Shown here piece after piece: positions 38,738 to 48,839 of a stretch of 64,000 bases of DNA. Both the position numbers and the translations under genes were made by a program. The DNA lies in IMG/VR virus record IMGVR_UViG_3300008113_000016, positions 1 through 64,000 of that record; one strand, written 5' to 3'. Source of the stretch: a virus. The notes beneath the pieces were generated by a model, which was not told where the DNA came from, did no database searches, and saw only the letters and a list, made by a program, of their open reading frames with translations. The number at the start of each line of letters is the position of its first letter. The first letter of the stretch is position 1.

Positions 38738-39078
38738 TGGGAATACTTGATAACCTAGAAGCGTACCTTGAACACGATAATCAAAGCGCACAGTTAGAGT
38801 TAAACTTTGATGAAGAGCAAGACTTAGGGGATATGGAAGAAGATGAAGAACTAATTGAATTAGATCGTGACTCTTTGCTTGGGGCAGCAGTCAACACTTT
38901 ATCTTTGGCTACAGACTATGCAAACTCTAAAAATGATTACAATGCATTGGCAAGAATATCAGATAGGTGGCTAAAAGCAGCAATGGTATTAGAGGGAATG
39001 GGCAAGCAAGAAACAAAGAAGTATCCATTAGGATTTCAAGCATTAGATTCGGAGGACGATGATGAAGGAGACAACTAA
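38737..39078 (+). CDS. acidic hypothetical protein
   Basis: GTG overlapping previous stop (TAGTG). Confidence 0.6.
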   Translation: MGILDNLEAYLEHDNQSAQLELNFDEEQDLGDMEEDEELIELDRDSLLGAAVNTLSLATDYANSKNDYNALARISDRWLKAAMVLEGMGKQETKKYPLGFQALDSEDDDEGDN

Positions 39079-39274
39079 GGTTCGTGTTGGACTAAAGTAT
39101 GTAAGAAACTTAGGAAACTATGAAAGCATACACGTTGATATTGGCATAGAAGACTGGGTAAGAGATTCAGATCAAGGAACCTCTTCAGCAGTTGACAGGG
39201 TTTATGCGTTTGTAGAAGGAAAACTACTTGAGAAGATGAAGAGTATTGAGGAGGAAATTAATCATGTCGTTTAA
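39059..39274 (+). CDS. hypothetical protein
   Basis: V.VGL.Y..NLGNYES...D.G.ED. Confidence 0.7.
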   Translation: MMKETTKVRVGLKYVRNLGNYESIHVDIGIEDWVRDSDQGTSSAVDRVYAFVEGKLLEKMKSIEEEINHVV

Positions 39275-40484
39275 AGAAGAAGCAGAGGTAATCTCTGCAG
39301 TATGCAAGAATAAAGATATTTATGTTCTTTACGAGAACAACGTAGATCCAATGATGACAAATTGTGGGGATATGTGGTCTTTTATTAAGGATTACTATAA
39401 CGAAACAAAAAGCGTTCCAAATGTAGACTTAATTCAGTCAAGATTTAAAGATTTTACCCCAGTAGAATCAGGACCTACAATCTATCATGTAAACAGATTA
39501 AAAGAAGTGTATCTTGCAGATGCTTTAAAAAATGTATTAAGAAAGTCTGCTAACTTTGTTCAGTCTGGAGAAAACTCTTCTGCCCTTAATCTTTTGAGTT
39601 CAGAGGTTTCTAACATTGCTAGAATTACATCTCGTGTTAAAGACGTTGACGTTACAGACATTGATGATGCGGTTGCCCACTTTGACTACGTTCAAAAGAT
39701 GGCAGCAGAAGGTCGTGTTGGAATCAGAACTGGAATTAAATCACTAGACATATGCTTGCCTATGGGAATTGCTGACGGTCAACTTGGAATTATGCTTGCG
39801 TATCCAGCAATTGGAAAGTCTTGGCTGGCACTGCATCTTGCAGCACAGGCATGGAAGGTTGGCAAGAAGCCAATGATCATTAGTCTTGAAATGACTGAGA
39901 AAGAAGTTAGAAATAGAATCTATACAATTCTTGGTGATGGAAAATGGTCTCATAGAAAGTTAAGTTCTGGAGATGTTGACAGAGAAGAGTTTGCAGCGTG
40001 GGCAGATGAAAATCTAAAGGATAAGCCTAAGTTTAAGATTATTTCTATGGACGGAGAAAGTGCTATGACACCAAATCTAGTTCGTGGAAAGATTGATCAA
40101 TACAAGCCAGATATTGTATTTATTGACTACCTACAATTAATGACAGATAATGGAAACACTTCTGGTAGCGAAGTCATTAAGGTTAAGAACCTTTCAAGAG
40201 AACTTAAACTATTAGCAATATCATGCAACTTACCAGTTGTAGCCATTACGTCTGCAACCCCAGACGATGCACAAGACCTAGAATCTGTACCACAATTAGG
40301 TCAGGTTGCTTGGTCAAAACAGATTGCGTATGATGCAGACTGGATTTTGGCTATGGGAAGAAAAGCACATAGTACTGCACTAGAGGTCGCTTTTAGAAAG
40401 AATAGAAACGGTTCTTTAGGAGACTTTATTATGAATGTAGACTTTGACTCTGGAAGATTTAAAGAAGTATTTGATATATCATAA
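39264..40484 (+). CDS. dnaB: DnaB-like replicative helicase
   Basis: AYPAIGKS Walker A, ISLEM, FIDYLQLM, SRELK.LA, IAYDAD, KNR; ATG 39264 after GAGGAGG. Confidence 0.92.
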   Translation: MSFKEEAEVISAVCKNKDIYVLYENNVDPMMTNCGDMWSFIKDYYNETKSVPNVDLIQSRFKDFTPVESGPTIYHVNRLKEVYLADALKNVLRKSANFVQSGENSSALNLLSSEVSNIARITSRVKDVDVTDIDDAVAHFDYVQKMAAEGRVGIRTGIKSLDICLPMGIADGQLGIMLAYPAIGKSWLALHLAAQAWKVGKKPMIISLEMTEKEVRNRIYTILGDGKWSHRKLSSGDVDREEFAAWADENLKDKPKFKIISMDGESAMTPNLVRGKIDQYKPDIVFIDYLQLMTDNGNTSGSEVIKVKNLSRELKLLAISCNLPVVAITSATPDDAQDLESVPQLGQVAWSKQIAYDADWILAMGRKAHSTALEVAFRKNRNGSLGDFIMNVDFDSGRFKEVFDIS

Positions 40485-40505
40485 GGGGGGTATAATTGTT
40501 ATGGA

Positions 40506-40853
40506 ATGGAATTCATACAGCCCAAGAACCTTAAGATGTTTATGTACGAAGGAGAGTACTCAGATGAGTCTGACGTTATCAGGCTCAAGGCTCAATATGA
40601 AAAACTATTGATCTCCTATATGAGGTCTAAAGGATATCTGAGACAGATTGACTTAGATCCAGTCTATACTGTAGACTATAACGGTAAGACTTTTAAGTTT
40701 GAATTATTTATGTATGGCATTTATGTCGGAAAGAGAAGGTCACAGTGTTACCAGTTCGTAATGGGAACAAGGCTTATACCGATGAGCAATTTACCGCAGA
40801 GCAAGTTAAATCAGTGTTGCAAGAATGCGGAATCAGTATTGGGTCGGAATTAG
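40506..40853 (+). CDS. hypothetical protein
   Basis: 115 aa, preceded by GGGTATAAT; overlaps primase. Confidence 0.65.
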   Translation: MEFIQPKNLKMFMYEGEYSDESDVIRLKAQYEKLLISYMRSKGYLRQIDLDPVYTVDYNGKTFKFELFMYGIYVGKRRSQCYQFVMGTRLIPMSNLPQSKLNQCCKNAESVLGRN

Positions 40854-41704
40854 AGACTCATTATTTAATTTATTGTCCATTTCACTATAACGTCAATACC
40901 CCTGCTTGTGAAGTAGATAAGACAAAGGGTTTGTTTATTTGTTTTTCTTGTAATGAAAAGGGAAGCCTATTTGATATTGTCACAAAGACAACAGGCAGAA
41001 AGTATTTTGAGGCTAGACGGTTTATTAATGGCAAGTCTACAGAAACTGTTAATATTGCAGAGACAATTGAGACAAACGTTGAGCCAATGCCAGAGTTTCA
41101 ACCTTTTGATATGGAGTTGATTAACTCACTGCACGAACAACTGTTAAAGTCTGATAGGGCTAAGTCTTATCTTTATAACAGAGGGATAAACGACTTTGGT
41201 ATCAAAAACTTTTTAGTAGGTTACTCTGAAAAGCAAGATATGATTACAGTTCCAGTATATAGTCCAGAAGGATTATGTGTTGGATTTGTTGGAAGATCCA
41301 TAGAAGGAAAAGTTTTTAAGAATAGTATAAATCTGCCAAGAAACAAAACATTGTTTAATTTATCAAACGTAAAGTACACTTCAGATGTTGTGGTTGTAGA
41401 ATCAAGTTTTGATTGTATTAGGCTGTGGCAGTTGGGTATCCCTGCTGTGGCTACACTAGGGGCAATGATTGGCTCAAGGCAGATATCTTTAATGTCTAAG
41501 TATTTAGAGACAATGATTTTGGCTATGGATCATGACGATGCAGGCAAGTCTTTAGAGAATAAGATTAAACAAGCATTACCTAACAAAAGCATATCCTCAA
41601 TGGAGTTTCCAGATAACTACAAGGACGTTGGGGCTATGTCAGATGAAAGCATTAAGCATTACTGGCGCAAGTCCTCTGAATTTGACGAACTGCTTTCTTT
41701 TTGA
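40745..41704 (+). CDS. dnaG: DNA primase (CHC2 Zn finger + TOPRIM)
   Basis: CPFH...CFSC, GFVGR, VVES.FD, D.DDAG, KDVG. Confidence 0.9.
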   Translation: MLPVRNGNKAYTDEQFTAEQVKSVLQECGISIGSELETHYLIYCPFHYNVNTPACEVDKTKGLFICFSCNEKGSLFDIVTKTTGRKYFEARRFINGKSTETVNIAETIETNVEPMPEFQPFDMELINSLHEQLLKSDRAKSYLYNRGINDFGIKNFLVGYSEKQDMITVPVYSPEGLCVGFVGRSIEGKVFKNSINLPRNKTLFNLSNVKYTSDVVVVESSFDCIRLWQLGIPAVATLGAMIGSRQISLMSKYLETMILAMDHDDAGKSLENKIKQALPNKSISSMEFPDNYKDVGAMSDESIKHYWRKSSEFDELLSF

Positions 41705-41710
41705 TATAAT
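41682..41710 (+). promoter_or_regulatory. near-consensus promoter for SSB gene
   Basis: TTGACG-17 nt-(TGA)TATAAT. Confidence 0.8.
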
Positions 41711-41759
41711 AGTATCAACAGGCTCACTTATAGAGCCAACTACTTAAGGAGTATAAATT

Positions 41760-42419
41760 ATGGCTGTAATTACAGGTCTCAAGAATATCCAAAAGGTTAT
41801 TGAGAAACCAAAGGGTGCAATGGATGCACCAAAAGCAACTTGGCTAAAACTAGAAGATGGTCAAGGAATCAAAGTACGTTTTATTAACGAAGTAGACGGA
41901 GACTCAAAGTTTTACGATGAAAATCGTGGTCTTGCTATTGTCGTTGCTGAACACACAAATCCAAAAGATTATCGTCGAAAGGCTGTTTGCACTATGGACG
42001 ACGAAGGTCGTTGCTATGGTTGCGAAATGGCTAGAAAAGAACCAAAGACTGGCTGGAAGGCACGTCTACGCTTTTACTGTAACGTTCTTGTTGACGATGG
42101 TAACAAGGATCCGTATGTTGCAATTTGGTCACAAGGTGTTGGTCCAAAGGTAACAAGCACAAATACAATCTTTGAATACGCATCCGACAACGGATCAATT
42201 TCAAATTTGATTTGGCGTTTAAAAAGAAATGGAACTGGAACACAAACAAATTATGTTCTAATTCCTATTGCACCAGACACAGAAACATTTGATTGGTCTG
42301 GAATTGAACCGTATGACTTGCAAAAGTCTGCAATTAGAAATGTAAACTATCCAGATCAAGAATCATTCTACATGGGCTTGATCGAAGATACAACAACCTC
42401 TACTGCTGTAGATTGGTAA
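41760..42419 (+). CDS. single-stranded DNA-binding protein (gp32-like, Zn-binding)
   Basis: WLKL.DG...KVRF, EH..C...C..C, KRNG.G..TNY, acidic tail ending DW; between primase and polymerase. Confidence 0.7.
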   Translation: MAVITGLKNIQKVIEKPKGAMDAPKATWLKLEDGQGIKVRFINEVDGDSKFYDENRGLAIVVAEHTNPKDYRRKAVCTMDDEGRCYGCEMARKEPKTGWKARLRFYCNVLVDDGNKDPYVAIWSQGVGPKVTSTNTIFEYASDNGSISNLIWRLKRNGTGTQTNYVLIPIAPDTETFDWSGIEPYDLQKSAIRNVNYPDQESFYMGLIEDTTTSTAVDW

Positions 42420-42423
42420 AAGA

Positions 42424-42459
42424 TTGGGTGGGGAGTTTAGCCATTTACTCCCCACCTAA
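42424..42459 (+). terminator. 13-bp hairpin between SSB and dnaE (no U-tract)
   Basis: TTGGGTGGGGAGT/ACTCCCCACCTAA. Confidence 0.55.
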
Positions 42460-42478
42460 CACAAACAGATAGGAAGAC

Positions 42479-45400
42479 ATGTTTAACAACCATCACTCAC
42501 ACTCATACTATAGTTTGCTAGACGGATACTCTAGCCCACTAGAGTTGATGCAACGTGCAAAAGAAGTTGGCATGTCTTCTATGTCTATTACAGATCATGG
42601 TACTTTAAGTGGTCACAGAGATTTTCTTATGGCTGCAAAAGAAACTGGTGTAAAGCCAATCCTTGGTCTTGAGGCATATTTTACAACAGACAGAAATGAT
42701 AAGCGTTCTAAGAAAGAAAGAAACGAAGATGAACAGGTTTATAATCACTTAATCGTTTTGGCAAAAAATGAAACTGGTTTATCTAATCTAAGTAAGATAT
42801 CTGAGATAGCGTGGAACGACGGGTTTTTTACAAAACCAAGAATTGACTTTGATATTCTGGAAGAAAATCATGAAGGTCTTATAGTTTTATCTGGATGCAT
42901 GAACGGAATCATTGCAAAGGCTATTCAAAACAACAACCCTTCTTTAGCAAAACAATATACTGCTTGGTTTAAGGATGTGTTTAAAGAAGACTTTTATATG
43001 GAAGTTCAGCCACATAACCCAGTAGAATTAAACATGCAACTTCTTTCCCTTGCAGATGAAATGGGAGTAAAGCCAACGGTAACCTTAGACTGCCATTATG
43101 CTTCTCCAGAAGATCGGATTGCAGAAGAGATTATGCTTATCCTTGGAACGCATCCAAATGTTCTTAAGGAATCAAGTTTTGATGCAAGCAGAAAGATCAA
43201 GGACATTATGTCCAGACTTGATTACCTATATGGAGAAAGAAAAATGTCTTTCAAGGACTTAGACATTTATTTGATGGGTTACGAAGAGTTAATGTCAAAG
43301 ATGAAAAAGTCTGGAATTGATCGACTAGACATGTTTGAGTCAAGCATGGAAATCTCTGATAAGGTTAGTAGTTATGAATTAAAGCAGAACCTAGACTTAC
43401 TACCAATTCAGGTCTCAGACCCCGCACAGGAACTCCAGAGGCTGTCTTTTGCTGGTCTTAAAGCAAAAGGTCTAAACAATGATGAAGCATACCTAAAGCG
43501 TCTTAATGATGAACTAAGTATTATTAAAGAAAAGAATTTTTCTGCATACTTTTTAGTTGTAGCCAACATGATTGGTTGGGCAAAGAATAATGAAATTATG
43601 GTTGGTCCAGGTCGTGGCTCTGCTGCTGGATCACTAGTTTGCTACGCTCTTGGAATCACTGACGTTGACCCAATAGAGCACGGACTTCTATTCTTTAGAT
43701 TTATTAATCCAGAACGTAATGACTTTCCAGATATTGACACAGACTACCAAGACTCTAGAAGAAATGAAGTTAAGGATTATTTAACAGAACAATATACTAA
43801 CGTTGCATCTATTGCAACATTCCTTACATTTAAAGATAAGGGTGTTGTGCGAGATGTTGCAAGAGCCTTTCATATTCCACTAGCAGAAGTAAATAAGTCC
43901 CTTAAGAATGTTGAAACTTGGGACGAGTTTTTATCAAGCAAAACAACAGAAGAATTTAGGTCAAAGTATCCAGAGGTTGTTTTCTATGCAGATAAATTGC
44001 GTGGAAGAATTCGTGGAACTGGAATGCATGCTGCAGGAATAGTTGCATCTCAAGAGCCTATATCAAACTTTGCTCCTATGGAAACTAGAAAAGATACACA
44101 GAGTGACTCAAGAATTCCTGTTGTTGCGGTGGATATGGAAAAAGCAGCAGACATTGGATTGATTAAAATTGATGCTCTTGGTTTAAAGACTCTTACAGTT
44201 ATAAAGCAAACGCTAGATATAATCAAAGAGAGACATGGCAAAGAGATCAATCTATCCACCCTTCCACTTCACGATGCTGAGGTCTATGCAGATCTTAGTG
44301 CAGGTTTTACAAAGGGTGTCTTTCAGGCTGAAGCAGTTCCATACACAAATCTTTTGGTTAAGATGGGCGTAAGCAACTTTGACGAACTTGCTGCTTCTAA
44401 TGCTTTGGTTCGTCCAGGAGCCATGAACACCATTGGAAAAGAATATATTTTAAGAAAAAAGGGTAAAAAGCAAGTAAAGTACATACATGATTTATTAAAA
44501 CCATATACAATAGATACCTATGGATGTATTCTCTACCAAGAACAAGTTATGCAAGCATGCGTACACCTTGGCGGTATGTCCATGTCGGAAGCAGATAAAG
44601 TTAGAAAGATCATTGGAAAGAAAAAAGATGCTAAAGAGTTTGACCAGTTCAAAGAACAATTTGTTACTGGAGCATCTAATCACATCTCAGAGAAGGAAGC
44701 AGAGGCTTTATGGCATGATTTTGAGGCTCATGCTGGCTACTCTTTTAACAAGTCTCATGCTGTTGCTTACTCTATGCTATCTTATTGGACGGCTTGGCTA
44801 AAAAAATACTATCCGCATGAGTTTATGTTTGCAATCCTTAAAAATGAAAAAGACAAGGATGCTCGTACAGAATATTTAATTGAGGCTAAAAGAATTGGAA
44901 TCAATGTTCGTTTGCCACACATTAATGAGTCTGACATTGACTTTAAACTAGAGGGTCAATCTATTCGATTTGGGTTGGGTAACGTAAAGTTTATATCAGA
45001 GAACATTGGTAAAAAGATTCTTGCTAACGCACCATACAAGTCTTATAAGGATTTTGTAGACTTTGCTATGGAAAAAGGATCTGGCATTAACAGCAGAGCA
45101 GTAGACGCATTAAACAAAGTTGGTGCTGCTGCATTTAATGACAAGCCAAGAACTGGTGAAGAAAGACAAAACTATTATGAATATCTAAATATTCCAGAAT
45201 TTAATTCAGAGATTCCTAGATATATGGAAGCATACTTTACTCCACTAGAGGAGTTTGACGAGGTTTCTTGTATGATAGTTTCTGCAATGGTAAAGTCAAT
45301 CAAACGTGGCAAGGGTTGGTCAAGAGTAGAGATTGTAGATAAGACTGGCAGCATTGGTGTTTTCCATGATGAAGATACAAACATTGAACCAGGAAAAATT

Positions 45401-45748
45401 TACATTATTTTAATTGCTAGTAACAGAATTGCTGGTTTTGCAAAAGCAGAAGATCTTGAAAATATATCAAATCCTTTTGTTAAGTTCTTAAAGGCTAGAA
45501 CTATTCCACTTGCAAACGACGAGTACTTTGTGGTAGACTTTAGTACAAGAAAAACAAAGAAGGGCGATAAGATGGCTAACGTCGTCTTATCTAATTCAGA
45601 TAAAGAACTAACATCGATTGTGGTTTTTCCATCGCTATATGCAACAGCCTTGGTAAATATGAGACCAGGAAGTGCATGTAAACCACAATTGAGTGAATTA
45701 AAAGACGGTGGACTAACATTAAAGTGGGTAGAAAATGGAAAGGCTTGA
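42479..45748 (+). CDS. dnaE: DNA polymerase III alpha subunit
   Basis: HHSHS.YSLLDG, ITDHG, GPGRGSAAGS, PDIDTD, HAAG, KID.LGL, YSFNKSHA. Confidence 0.97.
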   Translation: MFNNHHSHSYYSLLDGYSSPLELMQRAKEVGMSSMSITDHGTLSGHRDFLMAAKETGVKPILGLEAYFTTDRNDKRSKKERNEDEQVYNHLIVLAKNETGLSNLSKISEIAWNDGFFTKPRIDFDILEENHEGLIVLSGCMNGIIAKAIQNNNPSLAKQYTAWFKDVFKEDFYMEVQPHNPVELNMQLLSLADEMGVKPTVTLDCHYASPEDRIAEEIMLILGTHPNVLKESSFDASRKIKDIMSRLDYLYGERKMSFKDLDIYLMGYEELMSKMKKSGIDRLDMFESSMEISDKVSSYELKQNLDLLPIQVSDPAQELQRLSFAGLKAKGLNNDEAYLKRLNDELSIIKEKNFSAYFLVVANMIGWAKNNEIMVGPGRGSAAGSLVCYALGITDVDPIEHGLLFFRFINPERNDFPDIDTDYQDSRRNEVKDYLTEQYTNVASIATFLTFKDKGVVRDVARAFHIPLAEVNKSLKNVETWDEFLSSKTTEEFRSKYPEVVFYADKLRGRIRGTGMHAAGIVASQEPISNFAPMETRKDTQSDSRIPVVAVDMEKAADIGLIKIDALGLKTLTVIKQTLDIIKERHGKEINLSTLPLHDAEVYADLSAGFTKGVFQAEAVPYTNLLVKMGVSNFDELAASNALVRPGAMNTIGKEYILRKKGKKQVKYIHDLLKPYTIDTYGCILYQEQVMQACVHLGGMSMSEADKVRKIIGKKKDAKEFDQFKEQFVTGASNHISEKEAEALWHDFEAHAGYSFNKSHAVAYSMLSYWTAWLKKYYPHEFMFAILKNEKDKDARTEYLIEAKRIGINVRLPHINESDIDFKLEGQSIRFGLGNVKFISENIGKKILANAPYKSYKDFVDFAMEKGSGINSRAVDALNKVGAAAFNDKPRTGEERQNYYEYLNIPEFNSEIPRYMEAYFTPLEEFDEVSCMIVSAMVKSIKRGKGWSRVEIVDKTGSIGVFHDEDTNIEPGKIYIILIASNRIAGFAKAEDLENISNPFVKFLKARTIPLANDEYFVVDFSTRKTKKGDKMANVVLSNSDKELTSIVVFPSLYATALVNMRPGSACKPQLSELKDGGLTLKWVENGKA

Positions 45749-46085
45749 ACTAGATAGATTGGCATTAGAGTTGCACTCTACTGCTGTTACAAAGAAGTTT
45801 TGGGACGAATATCCTAAGAACGGAACAGAGTCAGAGAAGTTTGTTTTTTATGCAAAGCAAATCGCAATGATTCATTCTGAGGCTACAGAGGTATTGGAGT
45901 CTATTAGAAAAAGAAAAGATAGCCATGAAACAGTTGAAGAACTGGCGGATATCTTGATTAGAACGTTGGATCTTTATGGCGCAATGTATTCTTATGGATA
46001 TACTCCATTTAGTTTACAGAAGGTATTAGAATCAAAGATGGACAAAAACCTAAGTAGACCTGACAAACATGGTGTCCTTGGATAA
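45735..46085 (+). CDS. MazG-like nucleotide pyrophosphohydrolase
   Basis: HSEATEVLE..R, EELADILIR.LD, KM.KN..R..KHG. Confidence 0.85.
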   Translation: MERLELDRLALELHSTAVTKKFWDEYPKNGTESEKFVFYAKQIAMIHSEATEVLESIRKRKDSHETVEELADILIRTLDLYGAMYSYGYTPFSLQKVLESKMDKNLSRPDKHGVLG

Positions 46086-46305
46086 GAAAAAAATAGATGG
46101 TTATTTTTTAGAGGGATCAGATAACGAACTTCTTTTGGTCCTTAGAGGTTACGACGAAGAAATATTTTTGTCGTTAATCAAAAAACTTGCCACCATGAGA
46201 GATACAGATATTAAGAAGTTAACAGATAAATTGGAGGAGCATTTTTATGAAAGAGATAGCATTAGAAAGCATTCTAAGCAACCTAGATCCAAAAACAAGA
46301 AATAG
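46069..46305 (+). CDS. hypothetical protein
   Basis: 78-aa coupled ORF. Confidence 0.6.
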   Translation: MVSLDKKKIDGYFLEGSDNELLLVLRGYDEEIFLSLIKKLATMRDTDIKKLTDKLEEHFYERDSIRKHSKQPRSKNKK

Positions 46306-47254
46306 GGTTCAGAAGGCTGTAAACGTAGAGATTGAAAAGCAGCCAACACCAAGCCTTGGTCTTAACGTTGCATTAAATGGTGGTCTTGGGTATGGGCGAC
46401 AGGTTTTAGTTTGGGGAAATAAGTCTGCTGGTAAGTCTTCTTTTTGCTTACAGTTAATTGCAGAAGCGCAAAAACTTGGAAAGACCTGTGCTTGGATTGA
46501 TTCAGAGCAATCATACTCTGCAGATTGGGCAAGCAAACTAGGTGTAGATTCAGACAAACTAATCTACTCTGGAGCAAAAACTATTAACGATATGGTAGAT
46601 GTAGGAACAGATCTAATGTCTGCAGGCGTAGACATTATTGTTGTTGACTCTATCTCAGCCCTCCTTCCAGCAATTTATTTTGAAAAAGATGGAGAAGAGT
46701 TAAAGTCTCTAGAAAATACAAAGCAGATAGGTGCAGAAGCAAAAGACATGACGCATGCTGTTAAGATGCTTAATTATGCTAATAAAAATACATTGTTAAT
46801 TTTAATTTCTCAACAAAGAAATTCTTTTGGCTCAATGCATGCGACACACATTCCAACTGGAGGAATGGCTACAAAGTTTTTTAGCAGCACAATTATTAAG
46901 TTGTGGTCTTCAGAAGCAGAAGCAAACAGAATTAAATCAGACGTTCAAGTGGGAGACAAACTCATAGAACGCCCTGTAGGTCGTAGTGTAAACTGGAACG
47001 TAGACTATAACAAAACTGGTCCACAGTTTGTTTCAGGGGCATATGACTTCTACTTTTTAGGTGAACACGTTGGGGTTGATAAGGTAGCAGACCTTGTTGA
47101 TACAGCAGAACTTATGGGCTTAATTGAAAAAGGTGGTGCTTGGTATACCGTTCTTGGAGAAAGATTTCAAGGAAGAGCAAAGGTTGTTGCATATGTTAGA
47201 GACAACAAAGAGGTCTTTGAAAAATTAGAAAAGATGGTGTATGAAAAGATATGA
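46247..47254 (+). CDS. recA: RecA-like recombinase
   Basis: GNKSAGKS, WIDSE, IIVVDSISAL, TGG...KFF, KGGAWY, QGR. Confidence 0.93.
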   Translation: MKEIALESILSNLDPKTRNRVQKAVNVEIEKQPTPSLGLNVALNGGLGYGRQVLVWGNKSAGKSSFCLQLIAEAQKLGKTCAWIDSEQSYSADWASKLGVDSDKLIYSGAKTINDMVDVGTDLMSAGVDIIVVDSISALLPAIYFEKDGEELKSLENTKQIGAEAKDMTHAVKMLNYANKNTLLILISQQRNSFGSMHATHIPTGGMATKFFSSTIIKLWSSEAEANRIKSDVQVGDKLIERPVGRSVNWNVDYNKTGPQFVSGAYDFYFLGEHVGVDKVADLVDTAELMGLIEKGGAWYTVLGERFQGRAKVVAYVRDNKEVFEKLEKMVYEKI

Positions 47255-47439
47255 GCATCGATCCCAATGAGTTTATCAAAAAAGAAAACAAGCCAGTAAA
47301 AGAAGAGTTTGATACGATCACTGGAAGTTTTAGTTGTCAAAGTTGTGACGAGTCAGTAGATTCCGCATTCTATGATGAAGAGAATAGACAGATATTTTGG
47401 GATTGTTCTTGCGGTAAAAGAAACAAGGCTAGACTATGA
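47251..47439 (+). CDS. small Zn-ribbon protein
   Basis: CQSC...WDCSCG. Confidence 0.65.
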   Translation: MSIDPNEFIKKENKPVKEEFDTITGSFSCQSCDESVDSAFYDEENRQIFWDCSCGKRNKARL

Positions 47440-47738
47440 GCGAAGCAAGCGAGATTAAAAGAATGGGTGGCAAAGCCCATAAAAATAGTGGTCGTGGTCA
47501 GTATCAAAAAGCAGATGCAAGTTGGAAAATGTTTATCGTAGATATTAAAGAGTTTAGTAAATCATTTGGATTATCCAAAAGTGTTTGGTCTAAAATTGTT
47601 ACAGATACTCTTAAGACAGATAACGAAAAGTATCCAGCACTAAAGGTTGTTCTTGGTGAGGGTTCAAGTAAGGTAAGATTAGCAGTCATAGAGTGGTCTA
47701 TGTTAGAAGAGTTAGTAGAAAGGTACAATAATGAGTGA
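47436..47738 (+). CDS. PD-(D/E)xK Holliday-junction-resolvase-like nuclease
   Basis: E..E......NSG.G..K.D......D.KE..KS. Confidence 0.65.
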   Translation: MSEASEIKRMGGKAHKNSGRGQYQKADASWKMFIVDIKEFSKSFGLSKSVWSKIVTDTLKTDNEKYPALKVVLGEGSSKVRLAVIEWSMLEELVERYNNE

Positions 47739-48069
47739 TTCAACATTAGAGTTAATCAATCAGATTACAGAGTTTAACGACATACATGAGTTTATGCAGG
47801 ACAAAGATTTAGATGAGGCTTTGGCTATCATCGTTAAGATTCTTATGAAGCCAGACATTCCTGCCACACAGGCTCCAGTCTTGATTTCAAAACTGCAGGC
47901 TATGTCTGCAAAGTTTGGAGTTATGGCTACTTGGTATACAACAGTTCAGAAGGGTCCTGCAGGATCCTCCAATAACATCAAAAAGAATGTATACTATACA
48001 ATGAAAGACTCTTTAGACAAACTTGTAGATGCTCTAAAGTATGTGGCTAGATATAACCTAGGAGCGTAG
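47731..48069 (+). CDS. hypothetical protein
   Basis: 112-aa helical ORF, coupled. Confidence 0.7.
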   Translation: MSDSTLELINQITEFNDIHEFMQDKDLDEALAIIVKILMKPDIPATQAPVLISKLQAMSAKFGVMATWYTTVQKGPAGSSNNIKKNVYYTMKDSLDKLVDALKYVARYNLGA

Positions 48070-48839
48070 TGGCAAAAAACTTAATTGACTCTGTAAGACG
48101 GGGCAAAAATAAAGAAGCGTTTGATACAAAAGGATTTATCAAGGCATTGAATAAGTCCTACCTTGAAGATAAGAACGCATCAAAGTATATGAAGAAGAAT
48201 ACTTTCTCTCCAAGTACTATTGGGTATGGTCACGGAATGTGTCCTAGGTACTGGTTCCATGCCTTTAATGGTACAGAGTTTAAGGATTCATTTACTGCTC
48301 CATCCGTTGCATCTATGTTAAGTGGAACAGCAGCGCATGAAAGACTGCAGTCAATTATTTCAAAGATGGAGTTTTTTAAAGAACTTGAAAGAGAAATTTT
48401 AAGTGAGGATCCACCAGTAAGAGGCTTTGCTGACTTTGTTTTGGAGAAAGATGGCAAGGAAATTGTTGGAGAAATCAAAACAATAAAGGACGAATACTAT
48501 GACATTAGAAAGGCTAGTAATAGCCCTTCAGAAAGCCACTACCTTCAACTACTAATCTATATGAAGATTGAAAAGGTTGAGCAAGGTTTTATCCTATATG
48601 AGAATAAAAACACAAATGAGTTGCATGCAGTACCAGTAATGCTTGATGCAGAGGCTGAGAACTACATTGACTATGTGTTTGATTGGATGCGTGATGTTTA
48701 CTCTTCATACAAAAATGACACTATGCCAGAAAGAGTGTTTACTGAATCAAGCAGACAATGTAAGGGCTGTCCAGTATCTTCTACATGTTGGGCAAATGGC
48801 GATGGAGAAGTTTTCATAGAACAGTTAGAGGTTAGATAA
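48069..48839 (+). CDS. Cas4-like PD-(D/E)xK exonuclease
   Basis: CPRYW, GT..HE, G..D, EIKT, QL.IY, CKGCP..STC (4Fe-4S Cys). Confidence 0.85.
   Translation: MAKNLIDSVRRGKNKEAFDTKGFIKALNKSYLEDKNASKYMKKNTFSPSTIGYGHGMCPRYWFHAFNGTEFKDSFTAPSVASMLSGTAAHERLQSIISKMEFFKELEREILSEDPPVRGFADFVLEKDGKEIVGEIKTIKDEYYDIRKASNSPSESHYLQLLIYMKIEKVEQGFILYENKNTNELHAVPVMLDAEAENYIDYVFDWMRDVYSSYKNDTMPERVFTESSRQCKGCPVSSTCWANGDGEVFIEQLEVR

Noticed and set aside
48069-48839. Cas4 as part of a CRISPR-Cas system
   Set aside because: no repeat-spacer array or other cas genes; solo Cas4-like nucleases are common in phage recombination modules
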